Made by a program: the position numbers and the translations under genes. From Candidatus Hydrogenedentota bacterium (GTDB lineage Bacteria; Hydrogenedentota; Hydrogenedentia; Hydrogenedentales; SLHB01), in NCBI GenBank assembly GCA_963674865.2, contig CAXXYE010000003.1:26373-90372 (forward strand): DNA of 64,000 bases, written 5' to 3'. Under the pieces are notes generated by a model. That model saw only the letters and a program-made list of their open reading frames with translations. It ran no database searches and was not told the DNA's origin. This document shows positions 34,993-42,879 of this stretch, in pieces (the stretch's first letter is position 1; the number at the start of each line of letters is the position of its first letter).

Positions 34993-36924
34993 TTAGGCGA
35001 TATACTTCCCTCGCGGCGTGTAGTGCGTGTGCAGGAGCTTGTGGCTCAGATGCGAGCACGGCCCCTCCGTCAGGAACTTCGCGTAAATCTCGGCGATTGC
35101 CGGATTCTCGTACGACTTGCGGACCTCGGAGGCGGTGTCCTCGGCGTAGATCGCCTTGGCGCGCTGCGCGCGGATTTCCGGACTCGTCGGAATCGGCTGT
35201 CCGCCGCCGCCCAAGCACCCGCCGGGGCAGGCCATGAACTCGATGAAGTGGCACTCGCTGAACTTGCCGCCCGCCTTGATATCGTCCATCACCTTCTTGG
35301 CATTGGCCGTACCGTGCGCGACGCCTACCTTGAGCGTGGCTCCCTTGAGCCATTCCCAATTCGGCACGAGATTCTTCAGCAGGTCCGGCACCGGCCCTAC
35401 GTCTTTGATAGGCAGTTCCACATAGCGAACGCCCTCGAATCCGCGAACGGGAATGATGTCGGCGTGCTCGAACAGGTTCTCGACCTTGACGCCGCACACA
35501 AGTTCAATAACCGTACGCAGCGCGGACTCCATGACGCCGCCCGTGGCGCCGAAGATGACGCCCGACCCGGTGGCCGTGCCGAAGGGGTCGTCGAAGTCGG
35601 ACTTAGGGATATCCGGCAGATGGATGCCCGCTTCGCTGATCATCTGGGCCAGTTCGCGCGTGGTCAGGCCGTAATCGATGTCCTTGTAGCCGCTGTCGCA
35701 CATCTCGGGGCGGTTGCACTCGTACTTCTTCGCCGAGCACGGCATCAACGCCACCGTCACGATGTCTTTCGGATCGATGTTGTTGATCTGCGCGTAATAC
35801 GTCTTGATTACCGCGCCGAACATCTGCTGCGGACTCTTCGCGGACGAGACGTGGTCAAGGTACTCCGGATAGAAGTGCTCGATGAATTTGACCCAGCCGG
35901 GCGAACAGCTCGTGAACTGAGGCAAGGCCGCGGACTCGTCCTTCTCGACCAGCGCCTTGTAAAGGCGCAGCAGCAACTCCGTGCCCTCCTCAATAATGGT
36001 GAGGTCGGCTGTGAAGTTCGTGTCGAAGATCTTGTTGAATCCGCACAGGCGGAGGGCCGTGTTCATCTCGAAGGTCAGTGCGTGGCCCGGCTCGAGCCCG
36101 AAGCACTCGCCGATGCCCGCGCGCGGACTTGGCGCCGTCTGGATAACGACGTGCTTGGTGGGATCGTCGATGGCCGCCCAAACTTCATCCGTCGGGTCGT
36201 TGGCCCGCAATGCACCCGTCGGACAGCGGTTGATGCACTGGCCGCAGTTGATGCAGACCACGTCGGCCAACGGCTTGTCCTTGAACGTGACGATCTTCGT
36301 CTCGGCCCCGCGGTTGGCGGCCTCCAACACGCCGACCTCCTGGAGATCGATGCACGTGCGGACACAGCGCCGGCACAGGATGCACTTGTTCATATCCCGC
36401 ACGACGGAGTAGCTCGAGCGGTCGAGTTCGCACAGCGGCTCATCAGGGTGGCCAAACCGGAAGAAATCGACGCCGTACTCTTTGGCCAGACTCTGCAACT
36501 CACAATTGTTATTGCGGAAGCAGGCGTAGCACTCGCCATAGTGCTTCGACAGGAGCAGGTCAAGAATGTGCCTGCGCGCCTGCCGGACCTTTCGCGTATG
36601 CGTGTGAACCGTGATGGGCGCCGTGATCGGATAGGCGCAAGACGCCTGAAGCGTCCGCTGGCCCTCGACCTCTACGACGCACACACGGCAGACGCCCGCT
36701 ACACAGAGGTCATCGTGATGACACAAGGTCGGGATACGGATGCCCAAGGACTTGGCCGCCTCGAGGATTGTCGTACCGATAGGGACCTTGATCTTCTGGC
36801 CGTCGATGACCACCGAGACTTGTGCCCCGATGGCGCCCATGTCCGCCGGGGCTTCCATCTTCTTCGCCCGCTGACTCACTGGAGCGCGGGAGTCTTTGTT
36901 GTCAACAGGTTTCTTGTCGGTCAT
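34993..36924 (-). CDS. hydA: [FeFe]-hydrogenase catalytic subunit HydA (NuoG-like N-terminus plus H-cluster domain)
   Basis: N-terminal 2Fe-2S region (CHHDDLCVAGVCRVC), His-ligated cluster (HxxxCxxC...C) and 2x[4Fe-4S] (CILCRRCVRTC; CINCGQCINRCP). H-cluster motifs L2 MPCSAKKYE and L3 EFMACPGGCLGGGGQP. L1 reads TSCSPGW. ATG 36924 has GAGGAG upstream. Confidence 0.9.
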   Translation of the reverse strand: MTDKKPVDNKDSRAPVSQRAKKMEAPADMGAIGAQVSVVIDGQKIKVPIGTTILEAAKSLGIRIPTLCHHDDLCVAGVCRVCVVEVEGQRTLQASCAYPITAPITVHTHTRKVRQARRHILDLLLSKHYGECYACFRNNNCELQSLAKEYGVDFFRFGHPDEPLCELDRSSYSVVRDMNKCILCRRCVRTCIDLQEVGVLEAANRGAETKIVTFKDKPLADVVCINCGQCINRCPTGALRANDPTDEVWAAIDDPTKHVVIQTAPSPRAGIGECFGLEPGHALTFEMNTALRLCGFNKIFDTNFTADLTIIEEGTELLLRLYKALVEKDESAALPQFTSCSPGWVKFIEHFYPEYLDHVSSAKSPQQMFGAVIKTYYAQINNIDPKDIVTVALMPCSAKKYECNRPEMCDSGYKDIDYGLTTRELAQMISEAGIHLPDIPKSDFDDPFGTATGSGVIFGATGGVMESALRTVIELVCGVKVENLFEHADIIPVRGFEGVRYVELPIKDVGPVPDLLKNLVPNWEWLKGATLKVGVAHGTANAKKVMDDIKAGGKFSECHFIEFMACPGGCLGGGGQPIPTSPEIRAQRAKAIYAEDTASEVRKSYENPAIAEIYAKFLTEGPCSHLSHKLLHTHYTPRGKYIA

Positions 36925-36943
36925 GCTCAACTCCTCGGGCCTG

Positions 36944-38134
36944 TCACACAGGCTGCTGGCACCGGCCCATGATTTCATCCTTAAAATGCTTCACGATCGA
37001 AAGAAAGGCGTTCGGACTGGACTGGCCGAGGCCGCATTTGGAGGCCAGTTGCATGGTTTCGCCGAGGGCGCCCAGTTCGCGGAGATACTGCATCGAGCAT
37101 CGACCTTCCTTGAGCATCTCGACCCCTTCAAGCAACTTGACGTTTCCTTCGCGGCAGGGCGTGCATTGTCCGCATGACTCCTCGACGAAGAACTCGAGGA
37201 AGTTCAACGCCACGTCAAGCATGTCGCGCTCCGGCCCGAACACAATGATGGAGCCGCCGGTGGGGATGTCCTCATACGCGATAGCACGGGAGAACTCCGA
37301 GGCCGGCACACAGTGCCCCGAGGCGCCGCCGACTTGCACCGCTTTGGCGCTTTCTCCGCCCACTTCCTTGAGCAGTTGGGCGACGGTGATGCCCATCGGA
37401 AACTCGTAAACGCCGGGATCCGCGCAGTCGCCGGACACGCTGAAAAGCTTCAGGCCGGTCGACTTCTCCGTACCAATGGCTTTGAACCAATCGGCGCCTT
37501 TAGCAAGGATGCAGGAGATCCAGGCGAGGGTTTCAACGTTGTTTACGGCGGTTGCGTGGCCCATGAATCCCGTATCAACAGGGAACGGCGGCCGGTTGCG
37601 TGGCTCTCCACGCTGGCCTTCAAGCGATTCAATGAGCGCTGTTTCTTCGCCGCAGACGTAGGCTCCCGATCCGAGCACGATCTCGATGTCGAAATCGGCC
37701 TTCTCCTTGCCCTTGATGGCCTTACCAAGCAGCTTGTTCTCACGGCGCTTGGCCAAGACCTCCTCCAGGTGAGGGCGCAAATACGTGTATTCGCCGCGCA
37801 GGTACATGATGCCCTTCTGGGCGCCGATGGCCAGGCCGCCAATAGTCATGCCCTCAAAAACCAGGTCGGCGTAATCCGAAAGGATAAGACGATCTTTGAA
37901 CGTGCCCGGCTCGCCCTCGTCGGCGTTGCAGACAATGAACTTCATGTCGTCTTTGACGGCGGCGGCGAGGTTCCATTTCACGCCCGTCGGAAAGCCTGCT
38001 CCGCCACGGCCCTTGATTCCGGAAGCGCTGATCTGTCCGATGATGTCGGCCGGACTCTTCTCCAAGGCAGCCGCAAGACCGCTGTCTGGACTGATGGAGG
38101 CAAACGTCAATGAACGCTTCTTTTGAGCGGTCAT
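36944..38134 (-). CDS. hydB: NuoF-like flavoprotein subunit HydB (NADH/FMN/[4Fe-4S]), short form (396 aa)
   Basis: GRGGAGFPTGVKW (FMN/NADH site) and ESCGQCTPCREG ([4Fe-4S]). ATG 38134 overlaps the hydC stop (ATGA). No ferredoxin-like Cys clusters follow the NuoF core. Confidence 0.85.
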   Translation of the reverse strand: MTAQKKRSLTFASISPDSGLAAALEKSPADIIGQISASGIKGRGGAGFPTGVKWNLAAAVKDDMKFIVCNADEGEPGTFKDRLILSDYADLVFEGMTIGGLAIGAQKGIMYLRGEYTYLRPHLEEVLAKRRENKLLGKAIKGKEKADFDIEIVLGSGAYVCGEETALIESLEGQRGEPRNRPPFPVDTGFMGHATAVNNVETLAWISCILAKGADWFKAIGTEKSTGLKLFSVSGDCADPGVYEFPMGITVAQLLKEVGGESAKAVQVGGASGHCVPASEFSRAIAYEDIPTGGSIIVFGPERDMLDVALNFLEFFVEESCGQCTPCREGNVKLLEGVEMLKEGRCSMQYLRELGALGETMQLASKCGLGQSSPNAFLSIVKHFKDEIMGRCQQPV

Positions 38135-38652
38135 ACCAGGTGCCCCTCCTTTCTCTGCTCGGCGTGGGCGCCGAAGACCTTGCGGCACCCTTCCAGAATA
38201 TCGTGGACCTTTTCGGGAGTTACTTGCGTGAAGACTTGTTCGTTAACCAGCATGGCCGGGCCCTGGTCGCACATCCCGAGGCAGTTGGCCCATTCAAGGG
38301 TGAACTTCCCGTCGGGCGTCGTCTCGCCGAACGCGATACCGAGGTCATTCTCGAGTTGCCGCGCTACACGGTCCTTGCCCTGCATATCGCACGCGATGGT
38401 GCGGCACACGCGGATGACGAACCGCCCTTTCGGCTTGTCGTCGAGGAAGCTGTAGAAGGACACAACGCCGTACACTTCGACGGGGTGGATGCCCAACAGA
38501 TCCGCGACAACCTGCATGGCGTACTCAGAAATCTGATAGTACTCACGCTGGATTTCCTGCAGGATGGGGATGAGAGCGGACCGCTCGCGTCCGTAGCGAT
38601 CGGCCAATGCTTCAATCTCGCCTTTGAGCCTGTCTTGTTCACTCAAGAGCAT
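38131..38652 (-). CDS. hydC: NuoE-like thioredoxin-fold [2Fe-2S] subunit HydC
   Basis: VCRTIACDMQG ... CLGMCDQGPAMLVN, the typical four-Cys NuoE/HydC pattern. 173 aa. Confidence 0.85.
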   Translation of the reverse strand: MLLSEQDRLKGEIEALADRYGRERSALIPILQEIQREYYQISEYAMQVVADLLGIHPVEVYGVVSFYSFLDDKPKGRFVIRVCRTIACDMQGKDRVARQLENDLGIAFGETTPDGKFTLEWANCLGMCDQGPAMLVNEQVFTQVTPEKVHDILEGCRKVFGAHAEQRKEGHLV

Positions 38653-38656
38653 GCGA

Positions 38657-39037
38657 TCAGCCCTCCTCTTTCTTGAGCAGTGCGGCGACCTTCTCGATCA
38701 GCACGTCGGGTTTGGCGGGCTTCTCGAGGAAATCATCCACGGGAACGACGGACTCGTTCTTGCCGTATTCCATGCCCGTAACCTTCCCGATGCTTGTCAA
38801 CATCAGGATCGGTTTTGTGAAGCCGCCGCGCCGCAGCTCCTGGGCCATGGCAATACCGTCGTCGGGCTGTTCCATCATGACGTCCAAGATCAGCACGTCC
38901 GGTATGGACTCGCTGATCGCCTGCATGCCCGTCTCGCGGCTGCAAGCGGAGGCGATCTCATAACCTTCCTTCTTCAGGAAGAGAGTACACGCCTCCACGA
39001 CATCCGGGTCGTCATCGACAATCAGGACCTTCGCCAT
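38657..39037 (-). CDS. Stand-alone response-regulator receiver domain
   Basis: MAKVLIVDDDPDVVE ... PDVLILDVMM ... receiver-domain Asp pocket. ATG 39037 is preferred over the track start 39115. It is the first gene of the hydCBA operon. Confidence 0.8.
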   Translation of the reverse strand: MAKVLIVDDDPDVVEACTLFLKKEGYEIASACSRETGMQAISESIPDVLILDVMMEQPDDGIAMAQELRRGGFTKPILMLTSIGKVTGMEYGKNESVVPVDDFLEKPAKPDVLIEKVAALLKKEEG

Positions 39038-39186
39038 CTCGCGCTCCTTTCCTTCACAACAACTCGCTACTAAGTGTAAACCGAGAAACGCTGGGTTCGG
39101 AACTCTCGCCGCCAACGGGACCGGGCAGGAGAGCGTATCACCCTAGCTGGTGGGAACCTCGAATCACTCGCCGCAGCTAAACTTGC

Positions 39187-39202
39187 TGTGATTGTAATCA
39201 CA
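39187..39202. promoter_or_regulatory. Perfect CRP-type palindrome TGTGA-N6-TCACA
   Basis: TGTGATTGTAATCACA lies in the divergent intergenic region, ~150 nt upstream of the response-regulator/hyd operon start and ~430 nt upstream of fhs. Confidence 0.45.
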
Positions 39203-39456
39203 ATGAACCCCACTTTGCAAACGGACTGCAAGTTACTTTCAACACAGGGGCGATTTATCTCGGCAATCCCAGTCAAGACGGGCCAAGAACGGCCGGTGGC
39301 CACCCGAGTCGCGAGTGCCATGGCCCTTCGGATGGGACTTGCGGCCATGCCCTGGGAGCCATCAATGCCTTTGTCCTCACCAAGCGGCCGGGGCCGGCTA
39401 AGGCGCTTCTACCTCGAAAGTATTTAGGAGCAATAACTTGCAGGCTACGCCCTTTG

Positions 39457-39485
39457 TTGAAAAGACCTTCATCCGTCCATATAAT
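39457..39485 (+). promoter_or_regulatory. Near-consensus sigma70 promoter upstream of fhs
   Basis: TTGAAA (39457..39462), 17 nt, TATAAT (39480..39485). This would give a ~125-nt leader before the fhs ATG at 39618. Confidence 0.5.
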
Positions 39486-39617
39486 GCCCGGCCATTGTCC
39501 GCGTGAGGGTAGCCGCCCGAGCACAATGGGCTGTCCTTAACCTATCGCCGCACTCAGAAGTCCGGCGCGAAGCCGCTGGCTTCTGCGCTGATTATGACAC
39601 AGAGAAAGGAGTGCCGC

Positions 39618-41384
39618 ATGGCGACCCTGGACCCGAAAGCTATGGCCGACTGGGAAATTGCGGAAGCCGCCTCCGAGCATATGAAGACGGTGACGCAACT
39701 CGCCGGGGAAATGGGACTCGATCCCATCGAGCTGCTGCCCTATGGCCACCACGTGGGCAAACTGGATTTTGGCCGAATTCTCGATCGTTTGGCTGATCGG
39801 CCCAACGGGAAGTACATCGAGGTTACCGCCATCACGCCCACGCCTCTGGGCGAAGGGAAATCAACTACCTCGATGGGCCTAGTGCAGGGGCTCGGCCGGT
39901 TGGGCAAGAAGGTCATCGGCGCCATACGGCAACCTTCCAGCGGGCCGACCTTCAATATCAAAGGCTCGGCCGCGGGGGGCGGACTCAGCCAGTGCATTCC
40001 ATTGACGGATTTCAGCCTCGGACTAACTGGGGACATCGACGCCGTTACCAACGCCCACAACCTCGCCATGGTGGCCCTTACCAGCCGCCTCCAACATGAA
40101 TACAACTATGCCGACGCGGTGTTGGAGAAGAAGGGCCTCAAACGCCTCGACATCGATCCGAGAAACATCGCCGTCGGCTGGTGCATGGATTTCTGCGCTC
40201 AAGCGCTTAGAGAAATCGTCATCGGCATGGGCGGCAAGATGGACGGCTTCATGCTGAAGAGCGGATTCCAGATCTCCGTTTCCTCGGAGGTGATGGCCGT
40301 GCTCGCCGTCGCCACCAGCCTCGCGGATCTGCGGCAGCGTCTCGCCAAGATTGTTGTCGCGTATGACAAGGCTGGAAATCCTGTGACGACGGCGGACCTC
40401 GAAGTCGACGGGGCCATGACGGCCCTCATGAGCAAGGCCATCAATCCAAACCTTATGCAGTCCATCGAGGGCCAGCCCGTTCTTGTTCACGCCGGCCCCT
40501 TTGCCAACATCGCCATCGGCCAGTCCTCCATCATCGCCGATCGGGTCGGCCTCAAGCTCGCCGACTACCACGTCACCGAAAGCGGATTCGGTGCGGATAT
40601 CGGCTTCGAAAAGTTCTGGAACCTGAAGTGCCGCTTCAGCGGCCTCGTGCCCAACTGCTCCGTCATTGTGGCCACGATACGGGCGTTGAAGATGCACGGC
40701 GGCGGGCCGAAGGTCGCGCCGGGCAAGCCGCTTGACAGGGCCTACACGGAAGAAAACGTCGAACTCGTTGAAAAGGGCGCCGAGAACCTGATCGCCCATA
40801 TCGAAACGGTAAAGAAGAGCGGGATTCCTGCCGTGGTGTGCATCAACCACTTCTACACCGACACGGATGCTGAAGTGGCGGCGGTTCGCAAGGCCGCGGA
40901 GGCGGTTGGGGCTACCGTGGCCGTCTCCAAGCATTGGGAGAAGGGCGGGGAGGGCGCCGTTGAACTCGCGGAGGCTGTAGTGGCTGCGTGCGAAACCGAG
41001 CCCAACTTCCAATTCCTCTACGAGAGTGGAATGCCTCTCAAGGAGAAGATCCGCCGTATTGCGACGGAGGTCTACGGCGCGGATGACGTCAGCTACTCGC
41101 CGGATGCCGAAGCGATGGTACGGCAGGTCGAGGCCGATGATGAACTGAAGCAACTGGGCACCTGTATGGTGAAGACCCATCTCAGCCTTTCCCACGACCC
41201 GAGCGTCAAGGGGCGCCCGAAGGGATGGACGCTTCCCGTGCGCGATATTCTGATCTACCGGGGCGCCGGCTTCGTGGTGCCGGTTGCGGGCGACATCAAG
41301 CTTATGCCGGGCACGGCCTCGGATGCGGCCTTCCGGCGGATTGACGTGGACGTTGAGACGGGCAAGGTGAAGGGACTTTTCTGA
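39618..41384 (+). CDS. fhs: Formate--tetrahydrofolate ligase
   Basis: [17 protein letters not shown]-loop, [14 protein letters not shown] and the [12 protein letters not shown]-terminal motif. SD AAGGAG is 6 nt before ATG 39618. Confidence 0.93.
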   Translation: MATLDPKAMADWEIAEAASEHMKTVTQLAGEMGLDPIELLPYGHHVGKLDFGRILDRLADRPNGKYIEVTAITPTPLGEGKSTTSMGLVQGLGRLGKKVIGAIRQPSSGPTFNIKGSAAGGGLSQCIPLTDFSLGLTGDIDAVTNAHNLAMVALTSRLQHEYNYADAVLEKKGLKRLDIDPRNIAVGWCMDFCAQALREIVIGMGGKMDGFMLKSGFQISVSSEVMAVLAVATSLADLRQRLAKIVVAYDKAGNPVTTADLEVDGAMTALMSKAINPNLMQSIEGQPVLVHAGPFANIAIGQSSIIADRVGLKLADYHVTESGFGADIGFEKFWNLKCRFSGLVPNCSVIVATIRALKMHGGGPKVAPGKPLDRAYTEENVELVEKGAENLIAHIETVKKSGIPAVVCINHFYTDTDAEVAAVRKAAEAVGATVAVSKHWEKGGEGAVELAEAVVAACETEPNFQFLYESGMPLKEKIRRIATEVYGADDVSYSPDAEAMVRQVEADDELKQLGTCMVKTHLSLSHDPSVKGRPKGWTLPVRDILIYRGAGFVVPVAGDIKLMPGTASDAAFRRIDVDVETGKVKGLF

Positions 41385-41460
41385 GGGTGCGCGGGCATCG
41401 CAGCGGACCTCCGCGTTCCCCTGGAGCACAGAACAGGGCCGCTGTGTCATTGAGCACGTG

Positions 41461-42003
41461 ATGGGACCGGACGGAACTGGGCAAGAAGAGATTCTTCGAG
41501 GTCGTGCCGCGGTTGTCGATGGTGAGAATCCCTGCCTGTGCTACCAGTGTGCCAAGTGCTCGACGGGATGCCCGCTCTCGAGCGAAATGGACCTGCTTCC
41601 CCATCAAATCATCCACCTGCTCTCGCTGGATATGGAAGAGCGGGCGCTCAAGTCGAAAACCATCTGGTTGTGCGCCTCGTGCTATACGTGCGCGGTGCGC
41701 TGCCCGAACGATATCGATATCACTTCCGTTATGGACGAACTGCGCGGCAAGGCGCTTTCCCAGGGCGTGCCGTGTCCCTTCCCTGAGATCCTCACCTTCC
41801 ACAAGAACTTCATGCGGGACCTCATGCGGCGCGGCCGGGTGCACGAACTTCGGATGATGGGCGAGTACAACCTCCGCACGGGACACCCGTTCCACGATGC
41901 CCTGCTCGGCCTCCGCATGTTCCTTAAGGGGCGTCTGCGGCCGCTTCCCCCGCGGGCCGCCAAAGGATTCAAACGCTGGGCGAGGAGGCTATGGAAGTCT
42001 TGA
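41461..42003 (+). CDS. hdrC: Heterodisulfide-reductase subunit C-like (2x[4Fe-4S])
   Basis: CYQCAKCSTGCP and CASCYTCAVRCP ferredoxin-type motifs. ~180 aa. It overlaps the hdrB start. Confidence 0.8.
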   Translation: MGPDGTGQEEILRGRAAVVDGENPCLCYQCAKCSTGCPLSSEMDLLPHQIIHLLSLDMEERALKSKTIWLCASCYTCAVRCPNDIDITSVMDELRGKALSQGVPCPFPEILTFHKNFMRDLMRRGRVHELRMMGEYNLRTGHPFHDALLGLRMFLKGRLRPLPPRAAKGFKRWARRLWKS

Positions 42004-42878
42004 GCGAGCGCCGCGTAGCCTTGTTCCCGGGATGCAGCCTTGAGGGCACCTCAAGTGAATTCCTGGCCAGCCTGTTGGAAGTGTTCCGCGTGTTGGATAT
42101 CCAGTGCCCGGCCCTCGATAACTGGAGTTGCTGCGGCGCCACCTCGGCCCATGCGCTGGACCACGAGATGCACCTGGCTCTGAATGCGCGAAACTTGGCC
42201 GCGGCGGAAGAGCAAGGGTATTCCGAGCTTCTCGTGCCGTGCGCGGCCTGCTATCACCGGCTCGCCAGTGCGGCCTTCGAGTTGCGTGACAAACCGGCGC
42301 GGCTTGCGGAGGTCAACGCAAAGACGGGCCTGGACTACCGCGGCGGCGTTGCCGTCCGGAACGTACTCGACTTTCTGGCCAACGATACCGGCACGGAGAT
42401 GATTGCGGCGCGCGTCAAGACGCCGCTGGCTCACTTGAACGCCGCCTGCTACTACGGATGCCTTAACACGCGCATCCCCCGAATGCCCGCCTTTGACGAC
42501 GTGGACTATCCGATGTCCATGGACCTCGTCGTGCAAGCGCTCGGGGCCAAGACGCTGGATTGGTCTTATAAGACAGAGTGCTGCGGCGCGAGCCTCTTCA
42601 TCACAAAGGAAGAGACCTCCGCGCGTCTTGTGGCGCAGGTTCTGCAGGATGCCTTGGCGCGAGGGGCGGACTGCATCGTCGTGTCCTGCCCCATGTGCCA
42701 CAACAACCTGGACACAAAACAGGCCGCGATTCGCGAAGCCTTCGGAATTGCCAAACCGGTGCCGATCCTCTTCGTCACGCAGCTCATCGGACTAGCCTTC
42801 GGATTGGACGCCGGCCGGCTGGGGCTGGCGAAGCACTTCGTCCCGGTGGCGCTGTCGGCAACGGGAAAGGCCTGCTGA
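41991..42878 (+). CDS. hdrB: Heterodisulfide-reductase subunit B-like (two CCG domains)
   Basis: Two CCG-type Cys-rich repeats (NWSCCGA...PCAACY; ECCGAS...SCPMCH). 295 aa. Confidence 0.8.
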   Translation: MEVLSERRVALFPGCSLEGTSSEFLASLLEVFRVLDIQCPALDNWSCCGATSAHALDHEMHLALNARNLAAAEEQGYSELLVPCAACYHRLASAAFELRDKPARLAEVNAKTGLDYRGGVAVRNVLDFLANDTGTEMIAARVKTPLAHLNAACYYGCLNTRIPRMPAFDDVDYPMSMDLVVQALGAKTLDWSYKTECCGASLFITKEETSARLVAQVLQDALARGADCIVVSCPMCHNNLDTKQAAIREAFGIAKPVPILFVTQLIGLAFGLDAGRLGLAKHFVPVALSATGKAC

Positions 42879-42879
42879 G

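Noticed and set aside
39486-39617. A ZTP or THF riboswitch call for the fhs leader.
   Set aside because: The conserved cores of these riboswitches could not be matched by eye, so it is reported only as a low-interest candidate.
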